This document shows positions 18,098 to 25,644 of a stretch of DNA of 64,000 bases, piece after piece (the first letter of the stretch is position 1; the number at the start of each line of letters is the position of its first letter). This stretch comes from a virus. Position numbers and translations under genes: made by a program. The stretch spans positions 21,452 to 85,451 of the IMG/VR virus record IMGVR_UViG_3300033978_000477. The stretch is one strand, 5' to 3'. The notes below the pieces were generated by a model. The model made no database searches. It saw only the letters and a program-made list of their open reading frames with translations, and was not told the origin of the DNA.

Positions 18098-18178
18098 CTC
18101 CTATCCAGAAAGGTTGAGGGGGAAAGGAAGGGCGCTGCGTTGCAGCGCAGCGCCCTACCGGGTGACAGAACTCAGCGC
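18098..18178 (-). promoter_or_regulatory. Repeated intergenic hairpin/RBS element, copy downstream of DUF932 gene
   Basis: GCGCTGA-N7-CACCC..AGGGCGCTGCG-CTGCAA-CGCAGCGCCCT..CTGGATAGGAG. Confidence 0.6.
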
Positions 18179-19605
18179 GCTTCGACGTAGCGGAGCGGCT
18201 TGACGTTGTTGACCATCCAGGCCCCGACTGCGCGCTCTGCGTCGCGACGTTGCTCGGTGCCCTGGGTCTGGATGTACTTGGTCCAGCCCTGGGCGAAGTC
18301 GGCGCGGGACAAGTAGGACTCCTCGCGGCGCTCGTTGAAGAACGCGGTGGTCAGTCCCTCGATGTGGTGGTCGGTGCGGCCGGGGAGCACCGCCGAGAGT
18401 TCGCTGCTGCGGTCAGTCAGCAGCGCGCGCCAGAAGCCGGGGATGGCATCTTCGAGGGGGACACCCGAGGGCACCTCGATTGCCTGCGCGCGCTTGGTGC
18501 CCCAAGCTTTGCAGAGTACCTCGATGGCCGCAGTGGCCGCGTCGACCATGACTGCGACGTCGTCCAGAATCGCGCCGCGGTGGATGCGCGAGGCGCCGAC
18601 GCCGTCAGCGACGTAGGTGGAGGCGTTGAGGCAGCGCAGGAGTTCGATGCCGCCGCCGCCGTCAAGGCGTCCGGTGCCGTTGTCCCGCGAGCGGAAGGAC
18701 GCGAAGCCCTTGAACGCCTCGCCGACCGCTTGCTCTGCCACCGGGGTAGGGGTCCAGACCGAGGCGCGAAGCTCCCAGCCCGTCGTCGTGGGGTCGTACG
18801 CAGTGGCGCCGCGGGCATCGGCCGGCAGGGCGTCTACAAGCCGCGCCAGCGCTTCCGGGGCATCGGCGACACCGTAGGAAGGGGAGACCGCGGCGAAGAT
18901 GTCCTGGAGCCCCTGAGCGGTGCGGGTGCGCAACTTGAAGCGCAGGTCAGGGCGGCGCTTCAGTTCGCGCACCATCACCTCGGCAATCGTCTCCTTGTCG
19001 TGGCGGACAGCCGCCATGTCGCGCTCGTCCTCCGGCTTGGCAAGCTCCTCGCTGACGCGCTCACGTAGACCAAGCAGGAACCCAAGGCAGGGGGACTGAA
19101 GGCGTCCGCAGATGCCGCGGAGCGCGGTCTCGGTCATGCGGAGGCCATTCATTGAAACGATGCCGTTGACGTGAACGCCGCGCGCCATGTCCGCCGCGCT
19201 CGTCTCAACGTCGACCCGCTTCTCAGCGCGAACCATCTCGATGATTTGGTGGGCCGCATCGCGGACCAGGGTCATCGCGTCGTGCTCTGCCTTGCGGGCG
19301 TTCTGAGTCTCGTAACCCTCGACCGCCATCCGGGTGCCAGTGGCGTAGAACTGCTCCGCAGCGTTGACAGCGACGCCGCCAGCGATGAGCGCCGCCTGCT
19401 GTTGCTCGATGCGCTCCTTGGCGGCAACGTCGACCGTCTGCTCCGTCCAGGTGGAGTAGACCGGAGCGTCAACCACCGGAACGATCTGCGGGATACCGCC
19501 GCCTGCCTCGCGAACCATCGCGTCGGCGACGCTCATCGGGTCATCGGCGAGGGCAACGACCTTGGTGATGTCGTTCAGGGTGATGCTGTAGTGGGTCGCG
19601 TTCAT
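18172..19605 (-). CDS. DUF932-family protein
   Basis: AAVSPSY..D..; GFASFRSRDNGTGRLDGGGGIELLRCLNAS..RIHRG fits the DUF932 core. Confidence 0.65.
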   Translation of the reverse strand: MNATHYSITLNDITKVVALADDPMSVADAMVREAGGGIPQIVPVVDAPVYSTWTEQTVDVAAKERIEQQQAALIAGGVAVNAAEQFYATGTRMAVEGYETQNARKAEHDAMTLVRDAAHQIIEMVRAEKRVDVETSAADMARGVHVNGIVSMNGLRMTETALRGICGRLQSPCLGFLLGLRERVSEELAKPEDERDMAAVRHDKETIAEVMVRELKRRPDLRFKLRTRTAQGLQDIFAAVSPSYGVADAPEALARLVDALPADARGATAYDPTTTGWELRASVWTPTPVAEQAVGEAFKGFASFRSRDNGTGRLDGGGGIELLRCLNASTYVADGVGASRIHRGAILDDVAVMVDAATAAIEVLCKAWGTKRAQAIEVPSGVPLEDAIPGFWRALLTDRSSELSAVLPGRTDHHIEGLTTAFFNERREESYLSRADFAQGWTKYIQTQGTEQRRDAERAVGAWMVNNVKPLRYVEAR

Positions 19606-19613
19606 GGGGGAAT

Positions 19614-19679
19614 CTCCTATCCAGTTGTTTGGGTTGTGCGTCGCGTTGCAGCGCGCCGCGGGGTGTCGTTGTTCAGCGC
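19614..19679 (-). promoter_or_regulatory. Repeated intergenic hairpin/RBS element, copy upstream of DUF932 gene
   Basis: GCGCTGA-N7-CACCC-CGCGGCGCG-CTGCAA-CGCGACGC..CTGGATAGGAG. Confidence 0.6.
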
Positions 19680-19828
19680 CAGTACCCGGTGGCCTTCAGC
19701 GCGTCCTCGGCCGCGAAGTATTCGCGCCATGCCTTGTTCTGCGAAGACTTCGAGAGGTTCGCAGACTCGACGCGGCGGACGTTTGCTTGCGCTTTCTCGA
19801 ACCGGCTCTTGATGTCGTCGTTGCTCAT
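19673..19828 (-). CDS. 51-aa hypothetical protein, probably leaderless
   Basis: MSNDDIKSRF...; ATG 6 nt after a -10 box. Confidence 0.55.
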   Translation of the reverse strand: MSNDDIKSRFEKAQANVRRVESANLSKSSQNKAWREYFAAEDALKATGYWR

Positions 19829-19834
19829 GAGATT

Positions 19835-19863
19835 AACATACGCGCGCGGCAATCCGCGCGCAA
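19835..19863 (-). promoter_or_regulatory. Sigma70-type promoter
   Basis: TTGCGC-N17-TATGTT with upstream T-tract (UP-like). Confidence 0.6.
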
Positions 19864-19920
19864 GTGGATAACGCAAAAAAAAGACCAGTGACGGTCTTTT
19901 CTGCGGGAAACGCGATGCTT

Positions 19921-20280
19921 TTAGTTGAGCATGTCGACGGCGTCGACAACCTCGACGCCAGCCGCACGCGCCCTCGCGACCATGTCCGCAGTCCCGCGTC
20001 CACCAGGGAACGCGACTACGAGGTCGGGCTTCTCCCGCTCCAGCATCAGCGCGTTGCGGATGGGTCCTGCTGCCCGACCGTGCGTCTTCCAGTCGGCATG
20101 GTAGGCGACGCATTGGTGTCCGTTCTCCCGCGCCCAGCGGGCCGCCAGCGCGTCAGCGCCAGTGGCTCCGCCGTGGACGATGCGGAGGTCACCGTGGAAC
20201 GCGTGTAGCGTGTTCAGCGTGTCTCTGACGCGGTGCCAGTCTGAGTAGTCGCGTCCGCCGCAAACGAGGATGGTGGTCAC
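19921..20280 (-). CDS. SLOG family protein (YspA-related/DUF2493)
   Basis: ILVCGGRDY, IVHGGATGAD, AAGPIRN, VVAFPGGRGTADMV. Confidence 0.85.
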   Translation of the reverse strand: MTTILVCGGRDYSDWHRVRDTLNTLHAFHGDLRIVHGGATGADALAARWARENGHQCVAYHADWKTHGRAAGPIRNALMLEREKPDLVVAFPGGRGTADMVARARAAGVEVVDAVDMLN

Positions 20281-21026
20281 CGGTTCACGTCCCGTTCCCG
20301 CGCTGCAAGCGCGTCAGTCAACTCGTCCGAATAATACGCGCGCTCCCACGCGCGTCGCCCATGCCCGGTCCCTCGGTCCCCTCCCAGCGACCCAACGCGG
20401 ATGTAGTTCCGGTCGTACATGCCGCCTTGGGTGCATGCGTACGCGGGATGCAACGGCAGCCCATGGGCATGAATGAACGGGAACACGTGAAGCGCCACCT
20501 TCCAGTGCCCGATTGGGGCGCAGGTGTTCTCCGTGGTGAGTCCGTAGTGCGCCGTTCGAAGGCGCCTGACCGCAGACTCTTGGGCGCGCACACCCGAGAT
20601 GTGGCGCTTCCCGAACATGCGCTCGGCTTGCGCGAAACCCTCGGATGACGTGAGCCCCTTCTTCGCGGTACGAGCCTCGACCTCGTGATAGTTGGCGGTC
20701 GGATGCATCGCGAGAAATGCGTCCCGAACCAAGACGCAATCTGGGTTCTCACGATCATCGACGCGCACCCAGACGAGAGGAACATGGATCCCGTGGGTCA
20801 ACGCGATGTGCGCCGTCACCACGGAGTCCTTGCCCCAACTCACCCCGAGGTAACCGCGCCTGCCATCAGGGCCGGCATCAAGGAACGTTCGCATCTCGTG
20901 AGCTGCCTTGCGAGCAAGCACATCAAGAGTCGGCCGCATCCTCTTTGCCTCAAGCGCATCGGTGCGCTCATAGATGGCCCACTGCTCCAAATCGCGTGGC
21001 GTATGGCGCGGACTGGCTATCAGCAC
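20277..21026 (-). CDS. cysH: CysH-like PAPS-reductase-family protein of type IV-B CRISPR loci
   Basis: PP-loop SWGKDS, SGVRAQES..RR, PIGHW..LPLHPAY; directly downstream of csf3. Confidence 0.85.
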   Translation of the reverse strand: MLIASPRHTPRDLEQWAIYERTDALEAKRMRPTLDVLARKAAHEMRTFLDAGPDGRRGYLGVSWGKDSVVTAHIALTHGIHVPLVWVRVDDRENPDCVLVRDAFLAMHPTANYHEVEARTAKKGLTSSEGFAQAERMFGKRHISGVRAQESAVRRLRTAHYGLTTENTCAPIGHWKVALHVFPFIHAHGLPLHPAYACTQGGMYDRNYIRVGSLGGDRGTGHGRRAWERAYYSDELTDALAARERDVNR

Positions 21027-21655
21027 GCAGTGGCCTCCTCACGATGTTTCTGCCAGTACGGAGGCGCCAGAACGCGCCGTTCGATGCGATGCTCTCCCAG
21101 TCCCTCCCAGTCGAGCGGAAGCGGTCTGAGTGGCCGCCCAGCGCGAAGAACGGGGAAGCCCGGCCACGCTTCGATCGGCTCAACCACCCACCGATCCACA
21201 CGGCCGAGACCGACGCCGCGCTTCTTCCCGAGGTGAGTGACGAGCGAGAGGATGTCCGTCACCGCGTCGATGTCCCCGATGGCATAGAACGTCATCAGAT
21301 CGCCATGCAGGTGCAGAGTCTCGGCGGGGATGCGGAAGCCCTTGGACAGGCCGCCCTTTGGGTTGACGCTCATCTTGGTCTTCCCGAGCATCTGCGCCTC
21401 CAGCATCGGGAAGCGCTTGTTGATGAACCGCTTCTCGTGCAGCTCGACACTGAACTGCCCCGTCGACGCGAGGTAGATGCCGCGCTCTCGCGAGATGGGG
21501 ATCTGAATGTCAACGAGAGGACCGAACCCCGGAGGGGGGAGCGCGTCGCGCACGGCAATGGCTGCCATGAGCAACGCGTCCAGTGCAATGCTCGCATGAG
21601 GAAGCATCACGGAACCGCGCAGGTGTGCGCGAGCGACGAAGGGACCCATGGTCAC
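21020..21655 (-). CDS. csf3: Type IV Cas5-like subunit Csf3
   Basis: IALDALL, TFYAIGD, HLGKKRGVGLGRVDRW (G-rich loop), RPLP, PPYW. Confidence 0.8.
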   Translation of the reverse strand: MTMGPFVARAHLRGSVMLPHASIALDALLMAAIAVRDALPPPGFGPLVDIQIPISRERGIYLASTGQFSVELHEKRFINKRFPMLEAQMLGKTKMSVNPKGGLSKGFRIPAETLHLHGDLMTFYAIGDIDAVTDILSLVTHLGKKRGVGLGRVDRWVVEPIEAWPGFPVLRAGRPLRPLPLDWEGLGEHRIERRVLAPPYWQKHREEATAC

Positions 21656-22659
21656 GCGTCCACCTCGGACAGAAACTTGGCGACCTTCTCTTTCCGCTCG
21701 CTCACATGCGAGAAGAAGAGGGAGCCGATCTTCGGCGCCAACGCTCCAACGTCCAGGTTCTCCGGCGCCTCACGAGGGCGACGAACCGCGATCTGCTTTG
21801 CGATGATCGGACGGATGCGCCCGTGCCCGGTCGCGCGTTTCCCCCCGACGCGAGCATCGCGAAGGAAGGCGCCAACCATCGTGTTGAACGTGTCCCGCTC
21901 AAGCTCCGTGTGGACCGTCGCAGTGACCGACCAGTAGAACAGTGCGCCGGAGACAACGGTCTCATGGTTGCGAGGAAGCATCGTGCTCTTGGACGAGTCC
22001 GCAATGACGACGTCGCCGACTTCCTTCCCGTGTTCGGACGCAAGCAGTCGCCGCTCGATGCTCAGCCCTCCGTCCGTCAGAAGCTTGCGCTTCCCAGGGT
22101 CCAGGCTCGGGTCCATGCGAACGCGCATCACCTCTTCGACGTGACCGCGTGCAGATGAGAGTTTGACCCCGTGCTCCTTCAGCCATTCGTTGACCCACTC
22201 CGGCATCCGGTGGGCAGTCTCGTCGCAGATCAAGTCCGCCGCATCCACTTGGACCTTCCCAGGGATCGCGCGGTTCTGGGCGCAGCCTCCGAGGAGTCCT
22301 AGGGGAGGGCAGAGATCGATCATGACAGAGTAGTCCGACAACTTCACGGACCCTTCCTGCGAGCCAGATATCATCCCGCCAGCGAAGAGAAGTCGCAGAG
22401 CGGCCTCGCCAAGCGCGGGGTTTTCCAGCATCCCGGCCGCATCAAGAAGCGCGTAAGCGCCGGCCTCGCGCAGACCGTGGCGCATCGTGTCTCCGGTGAT
22501 GATCGGTACATGTGCAAAGGAGCCATCGGGCAGACGGCGCTTCTCGCGCATCACGAGAGACGTGTTGCCGATGCTCTCCGATGCATGGGCAATTGGCGTA
22601 AGGGCCTCAAGGATGAAATCGTAACGAACCACTTCGTGAACCTTCTTCGTCTCGCTCAT
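21652..22659 (-). CDS. csf2: Type IV Cas7-like backbone subunit Csf2
   Basis: LEALTPIAH, VPIITGDTMRHGLRE, LLFAGG, PPLGLLGG, GKVQV, VGGKRATGHGRI (RAMP G-loop). Confidence 0.85.
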   Translation of the reverse strand: MSETKKVHEVVRYDFILEALTPIAHASESIGNTSLVMREKRRLPDGSFAHVPIITGDTMRHGLREAGAYALLDAAGMLENPALGEAALRLLFAGGMISGSQEGSVKLSDYSVMIDLCPPLGLLGGCAQNRAIPGKVQVDAADLICDETAHRMPEWVNEWLKEHGVKLSSARGHVEEVMRVRMDPSLDPGKRKLLTDGGLSIERRLLASEHGKEVGDVVIADSSKSTMLPRNHETVVSGALFYWSVTATVHTELERDTFNTMVGAFLRDARVGGKRATGHGRIRPIIAKQIAVRRPREAPENLDVGALAPKIGSLFFSHVSERKEKVAKFLSEVDA

Positions 22660-23042
22660 TGTGCCGCTTCCTCTCGTGCTGCCTGGGCAGCTTCCTTGCG
22701 TTGTTCGGCGATGCCACGGGCCATCGCAATCAGGTAGCCAAACTCCCTTTCGATCAAGTCGAGCCATGCGCGGGAGCAGTTGTTCTCTCGGACGAAGTCC
22801 GCGAGATCACGAGAAGAGCGAGAGCTGTCCACTCGCAGCGCCCCCAACTGAAGCGTTCGAACCATCTTGGTCGTCCACTCCTCTACCGATTCGCTCTGCC
22901 GAGATGCCGCCAGCATCCGGCTCTGCAACTGATCCCAGTGCTTCAGGACGTTGCACCCAGGCGTCCCCAGGTACGCGCTCCGAAGCTCCAGCAGAAGCTC
23001 CACTGTCAGCGTCCGCAGACGCTCTTTCTTTTCCTCGTTCAC
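22656..23042 (-). CDS. cas11: Cas11-like small alpha-helical subunit
   Basis: 128-aa helical protein between csf1 and csf2 (the IV-B position); GTG start at 23042; ATGA-coupled to csf2. Confidence 0.65.
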   Translation of the reverse strand: MNEEKKERLRTLTVELLLELRSAYLGTPGCNVLKHWDQLQSRMLAASRQSESVEEWTTKMVRTLQLGALRVDSSRSSRDLADFVRENNCSRAWLDLIEREFGYLIAMARGIAEQRKEAAQAAREEAAQ

Positions 23043-23817
23043 GTTTCGGTCCCTTCTTCTTGGTCGGCCCATCAGCCTTCGATTTCGTCGTCTTCGCCGC
23101 GGCCTTCTTTGCCGCCTTCTCTTGTTTCTCCGCTTCCATCCTTTCGGCCACTGCGGCCTCGTCACGTTGCGCCAGCCAGATGGCCAACTCAAACCACTGC
23201 CCACCACGCCTAAAGCCGTGCTTGGTCTCGAACGCGTGAAGCTTCGCCCCGCACAACTGCCACGCGCGCGAGCCGAGAGCCCCAGACAGAATCTCCTCCT
23301 TCGTTGCGCCCATCGTCAGCAGATCGGCGATGTCGTCCAGCATTGACCAGCCTTCAGCATCGCGAGGCAACTCGACGATGGCCTCCTCGAACAGGACCGC
23401 ACCACCGGCCTGTCCAGGCGCGTTGATGGGGGTCCACGGGATCAGGTGCTTCTTGCCGCTGTCCGCGATGGCGGCGAACCATGGGGCCTCGTGGGTGCGG
23501 CGAATGAAGTCTCGGATGGCTGGCTTCTGCCCCTTGTTCACGCGGACGTGAGAGGAGCCTTCCACCAGGTGCGTCCACATGCGCTCAGTGTCGGGAGGTT
23601 TGCCGGCCATGACGTGGACACATGACTCGCAGACGTAGCCGCTCTCTGCGCAGCGGACGCGGTTCTGGCCTGTAAAGTTTGCGCCGGCCCACTTGTGACG
23701 CTCCACCCCTCGCGTCGCGTCACCGCCGCAAACCCAACAATGGAACGCTTCCATGTCTCGGCACATGGCGTTTGGCTTGAGCCCGAGAATCTTGTGGATG
23801 ATCTGGCTAGGGCTCAC
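22807..23817 (-). CDS. csf1: Type IV Cas8-like large subunit Csf1 with C-terminal tail ending QLSLFS
   Basis: CWVCG..NFT..VCESC zinc motif; PWFAAIADSGKKHLIPWTPIN. Confidence 0.75.
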   Translation of the reverse strand: MSPSQIIHKILGLKPNAMCRDMEAFHCWVCGGDATRGVERHKWAGANFTGQNRVRCAESGYVCESCVHVMAGKPPDTERMWTHLVEGSSHVRVNKGQKPAIRDFIRRTHEAPWFAAIADSGKKHLIPWTPINAPGQAGGAVLFEEAIVELPRDAEGWSMLDDIADLLTMGATKEEILSGALGSRAWQLCGAKLHAFETKHGFRRGGQWFELAIWLAQRDEAAVAERMEAEKQEKAAKKAAAKTTKSKADGPTKKKGPKRERGKERASADADSGASAGASERVPGDAWVQRPEALGSVAEPDAGGISAERIGRGVDDQDGSNASVGGAASGQLSLFS

Positions 23818-24752
23818 GGAACCTCCGAGACACGAATGCGCCCAAAGCCAAACGCGGTGCGCCCTCCAAAGCCGGTACGTGCTGCGACTTCAAGAAGCCA
23901 CCGGGCTGGAGCGTTTGCCTCGACCACGCAATGCCCCTCCCAGCCTGAAACGGTGCCGTACTTGCCGCCGACCTCTACCCTGGCGACCCTCGTATCGACC
24001 TCAGACGCTTCGACGCGGATCAGGTCGTCCGTCTTCAGGTGTTCGAGAGAGAAACGCTGAAGCCAAGCTCCGGCGAGTGTGTTGAGCAGCGCGACTGATG
24101 TTGGCTTCTCGTGGCTCTTGGTGCGCCCATCCGTTGTCATGACGACAGGGGTGATGGTGTCGATACGGACGCGCTTCCTGCCCCTAGCAATGCCGCGCGG
24201 CGCCTTGATTCGGAAGGCCTGTCCAAACTTGAACTTCGATGGATGCCCGTACAGTGGACAGTCGACAGTCTTGCCGGCCAATGAGGCGCCAGCATCGTGC
24301 CACCAGTGGACCGCCCAACCGCTCTGATACGGGAACAGCGTCCACAACGGAAAGCGAGGCATGTGCCCCATGTCGAGGATGTTGGTCAGTGCGCCATGAA
24401 GGCCCCGGGTGTTTCGCAACTCAATGGGCCACTTTGGCGACGGGTAGACACTGAAGGCCATTGATGCGCCCGGCAGGTACGTGTCGAACGGAGGGGCGCC
24501 AGCAAGCCATGGTTTGCGGGTGGAGCAGGCTCGGTTTGCCTCTGCCCACTTGCGGTTCCGCTCCCTGTCCTTCTCGACGTAGGAAGGCGATGCTCTCCGT
24601 GCACGGTCCCGCTCCCGCTCCCGTTCCTTCCTGCACTCTTCAGAGCAGAACTGCGTCATCCAAGGGTTGGCCGTTTGGTACACCGACCGGCAACGTTTGC
24701 ACTCTGCTTCGTACCGCTCACGCTCTGCTGCGTTCATCAACTCACACCTCAC
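23814..24752 (-). CDS. cas6: Cas6-like RAMP endoribonuclease with N-terminal zinc-finger/basic helix
   Basis: LHGAL, IDTITPVV, GWEG..LLEVAARTGFGGRTAFGFGRI (GxGxxxxxGxG); N-terminal CKRC..FCSEEC. Confidence 0.8.
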   Translation of the reverse strand: MRCELMNAAERERYEAECKRCRSVYQTANPWMTQFCSEECRKERERERDRARRASPSYVEKDRERNRKWAEANRACSTRKPWLAGAPPFDTYLPGASMAFSVYPSPKWPIELRNTRGLHGALTNILDMGHMPRFPLWTLFPYQSGWAVHWWHDAGASLAGKTVDCPLYGHPSKFKFGQAFRIKAPRGIARGRKRVRIDTITPVVMTTDGRTKSHEKPTSVALLNTLAGAWLQRFSLEHLKTDDLIRVEASEVDTRVARVEVGGKYGTVSGWEGHCVVEANAPARWLLEVAARTGFGGRTAFGFGRIRVSEVP

Positions 24753-25108
24753 CCATTCCGATGCGACCGCGTCTCGTTGTAGGCGCTCTTGATCAGCACC
24801 GCGCGACCGATGTCGACGCCGTTCTCCTCTGCGGTGTCGAGCGCACGGATGATGATGTCAGCCAGCTCCTCTTCCATGCAGGTGAGGGGCTCAGCCGTCT
24901 TCTTGTCGCACGGCTTGTCCAGCATCCCGCGCCGGTAGGCCTCCCAGAGTTCGGAGACCTCGCCGTGCAGGTTTGCGACCGAGACAGCCATGGGCACCGG
25001 TTCGTCGTGGAAGCCTTTCGACCTGGCGATGCCGTAGACGTGGTTGGCAAGTGAGCGCAGCGAGTCCGCGATGCGCCGGCCTTCGCCGCTGTCTATGTAT
25101 AGAGTCAT
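24749..25108 (-). CDS. MazG-like nucleotide pyrophosphohydrolase
   Basis: ANLHGEVSELWEAYR..EEELADIIIRALD..K.AYN..R. Confidence 0.8.
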   Translation of the reverse strand: MTLYIDSGEGRRIADSLRSLANHVYGIARSKGFHDEPVPMAVSVANLHGEVSELWEAYRRGMLDKPCDKKTAEPLTCMEEELADIIIRALDTAEENGVDIGRAVLIKSAYNETRSHRNG

Positions 25109-25488
25109 CACATCCCCTCCGTCTTCTTCACCGGCCCCGTCTCCACCATCGCCATCAGGTCCGCAGGTAACGTTCGGTACTCCACCGCCGTCCCGCGACT
25201 GTTCGCCGTATCGACCCCGAGCGCCATCCCGCTGCTGATGCCGAAGTCCGTGTAGACCGCCACCAGATCGCACTTGTTGCCCCAGGCAAAGCCCGCGCTG
25301 ATGCCGAGCGTTCGGTGTTCCTTGTTCGTGTCGTCCAGCAGTTGTGTGTAGAGCAAGTGCGAAGCCATCGGGGCTTCATTGCGTCGCTCAATGCTGTCGA
25401 GGCAGCATAGCCGCGCGTAGTTGATGTTCTGCTCGAACGTCCTGCCGTTGGCTGGACTCAGCGGACTCTCAATGACCACTAGCTTCAT
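25108..25488 (-). CDS. Nucleoside-deoxyribosyltransferase-fold-like phage protein
   Basis: VVIESP..NINYAR..APMASHLLYTQLLDD..DLVAVYTDFGISSGM. Confidence 0.55.
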   Translation of the reverse strand: MKLVVIESPLSPANGRTFEQNINYARLCCLDSIERRNEAPMASHLLYTQLLDDTNKEHRTLGISAGFAWGNKCDLVAVYTDFGISSGMALGVDTANSRGTAVEYRTLPADLMAMVETGPVKKTEGM

Positions 25489-25640
25489 GACTTCTTGAAC
25501 TCCTTCTCCTGATGCCGCTTCCTTGCCCCAGCAATGCGGCACTTCTTCGACTTTGCATGACGGTGCAGCGGCCGATGTGTCCCGACCGCATGCACCACCA
25601 ACGCGCCACAATTGGCGCAGCGAGCGACGTAGCCGCTCAC
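25485..25640 (-). CDS. 51-aa zinc-finger protein (MSGYVARCANCGALVV..HAKSKKCRI..)
   Basis: Hand-translated; fills the gap after dnaN and is ATGA-coupled downstream. Confidence 0.5.
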   Translation of the reverse strand: MSGYVARCANCGALVVHAVGTHRPLHRHAKSKKCRIAGARKRHQEKEFKKS

Positions 25641-25644
25641 CAGT

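Noticed and set aside
20277-21026. Sulfate-assimilation auxiliary metabolic gene
   Set aside because: No other cys genes are present, the C-terminal ECG(L/I)H motif of true CysH is absent, and it is coupled to csf3 as in type IV-B loci.
20717-21937. Long opposite-strand ORFs (also 1555-2670, 4591-5613, 9617-10930, 32645-33937, 34739-35788)
   Set aside because: Shadow ORFs of GC-rich genes, with no motifs and overlapping well-supported genes.
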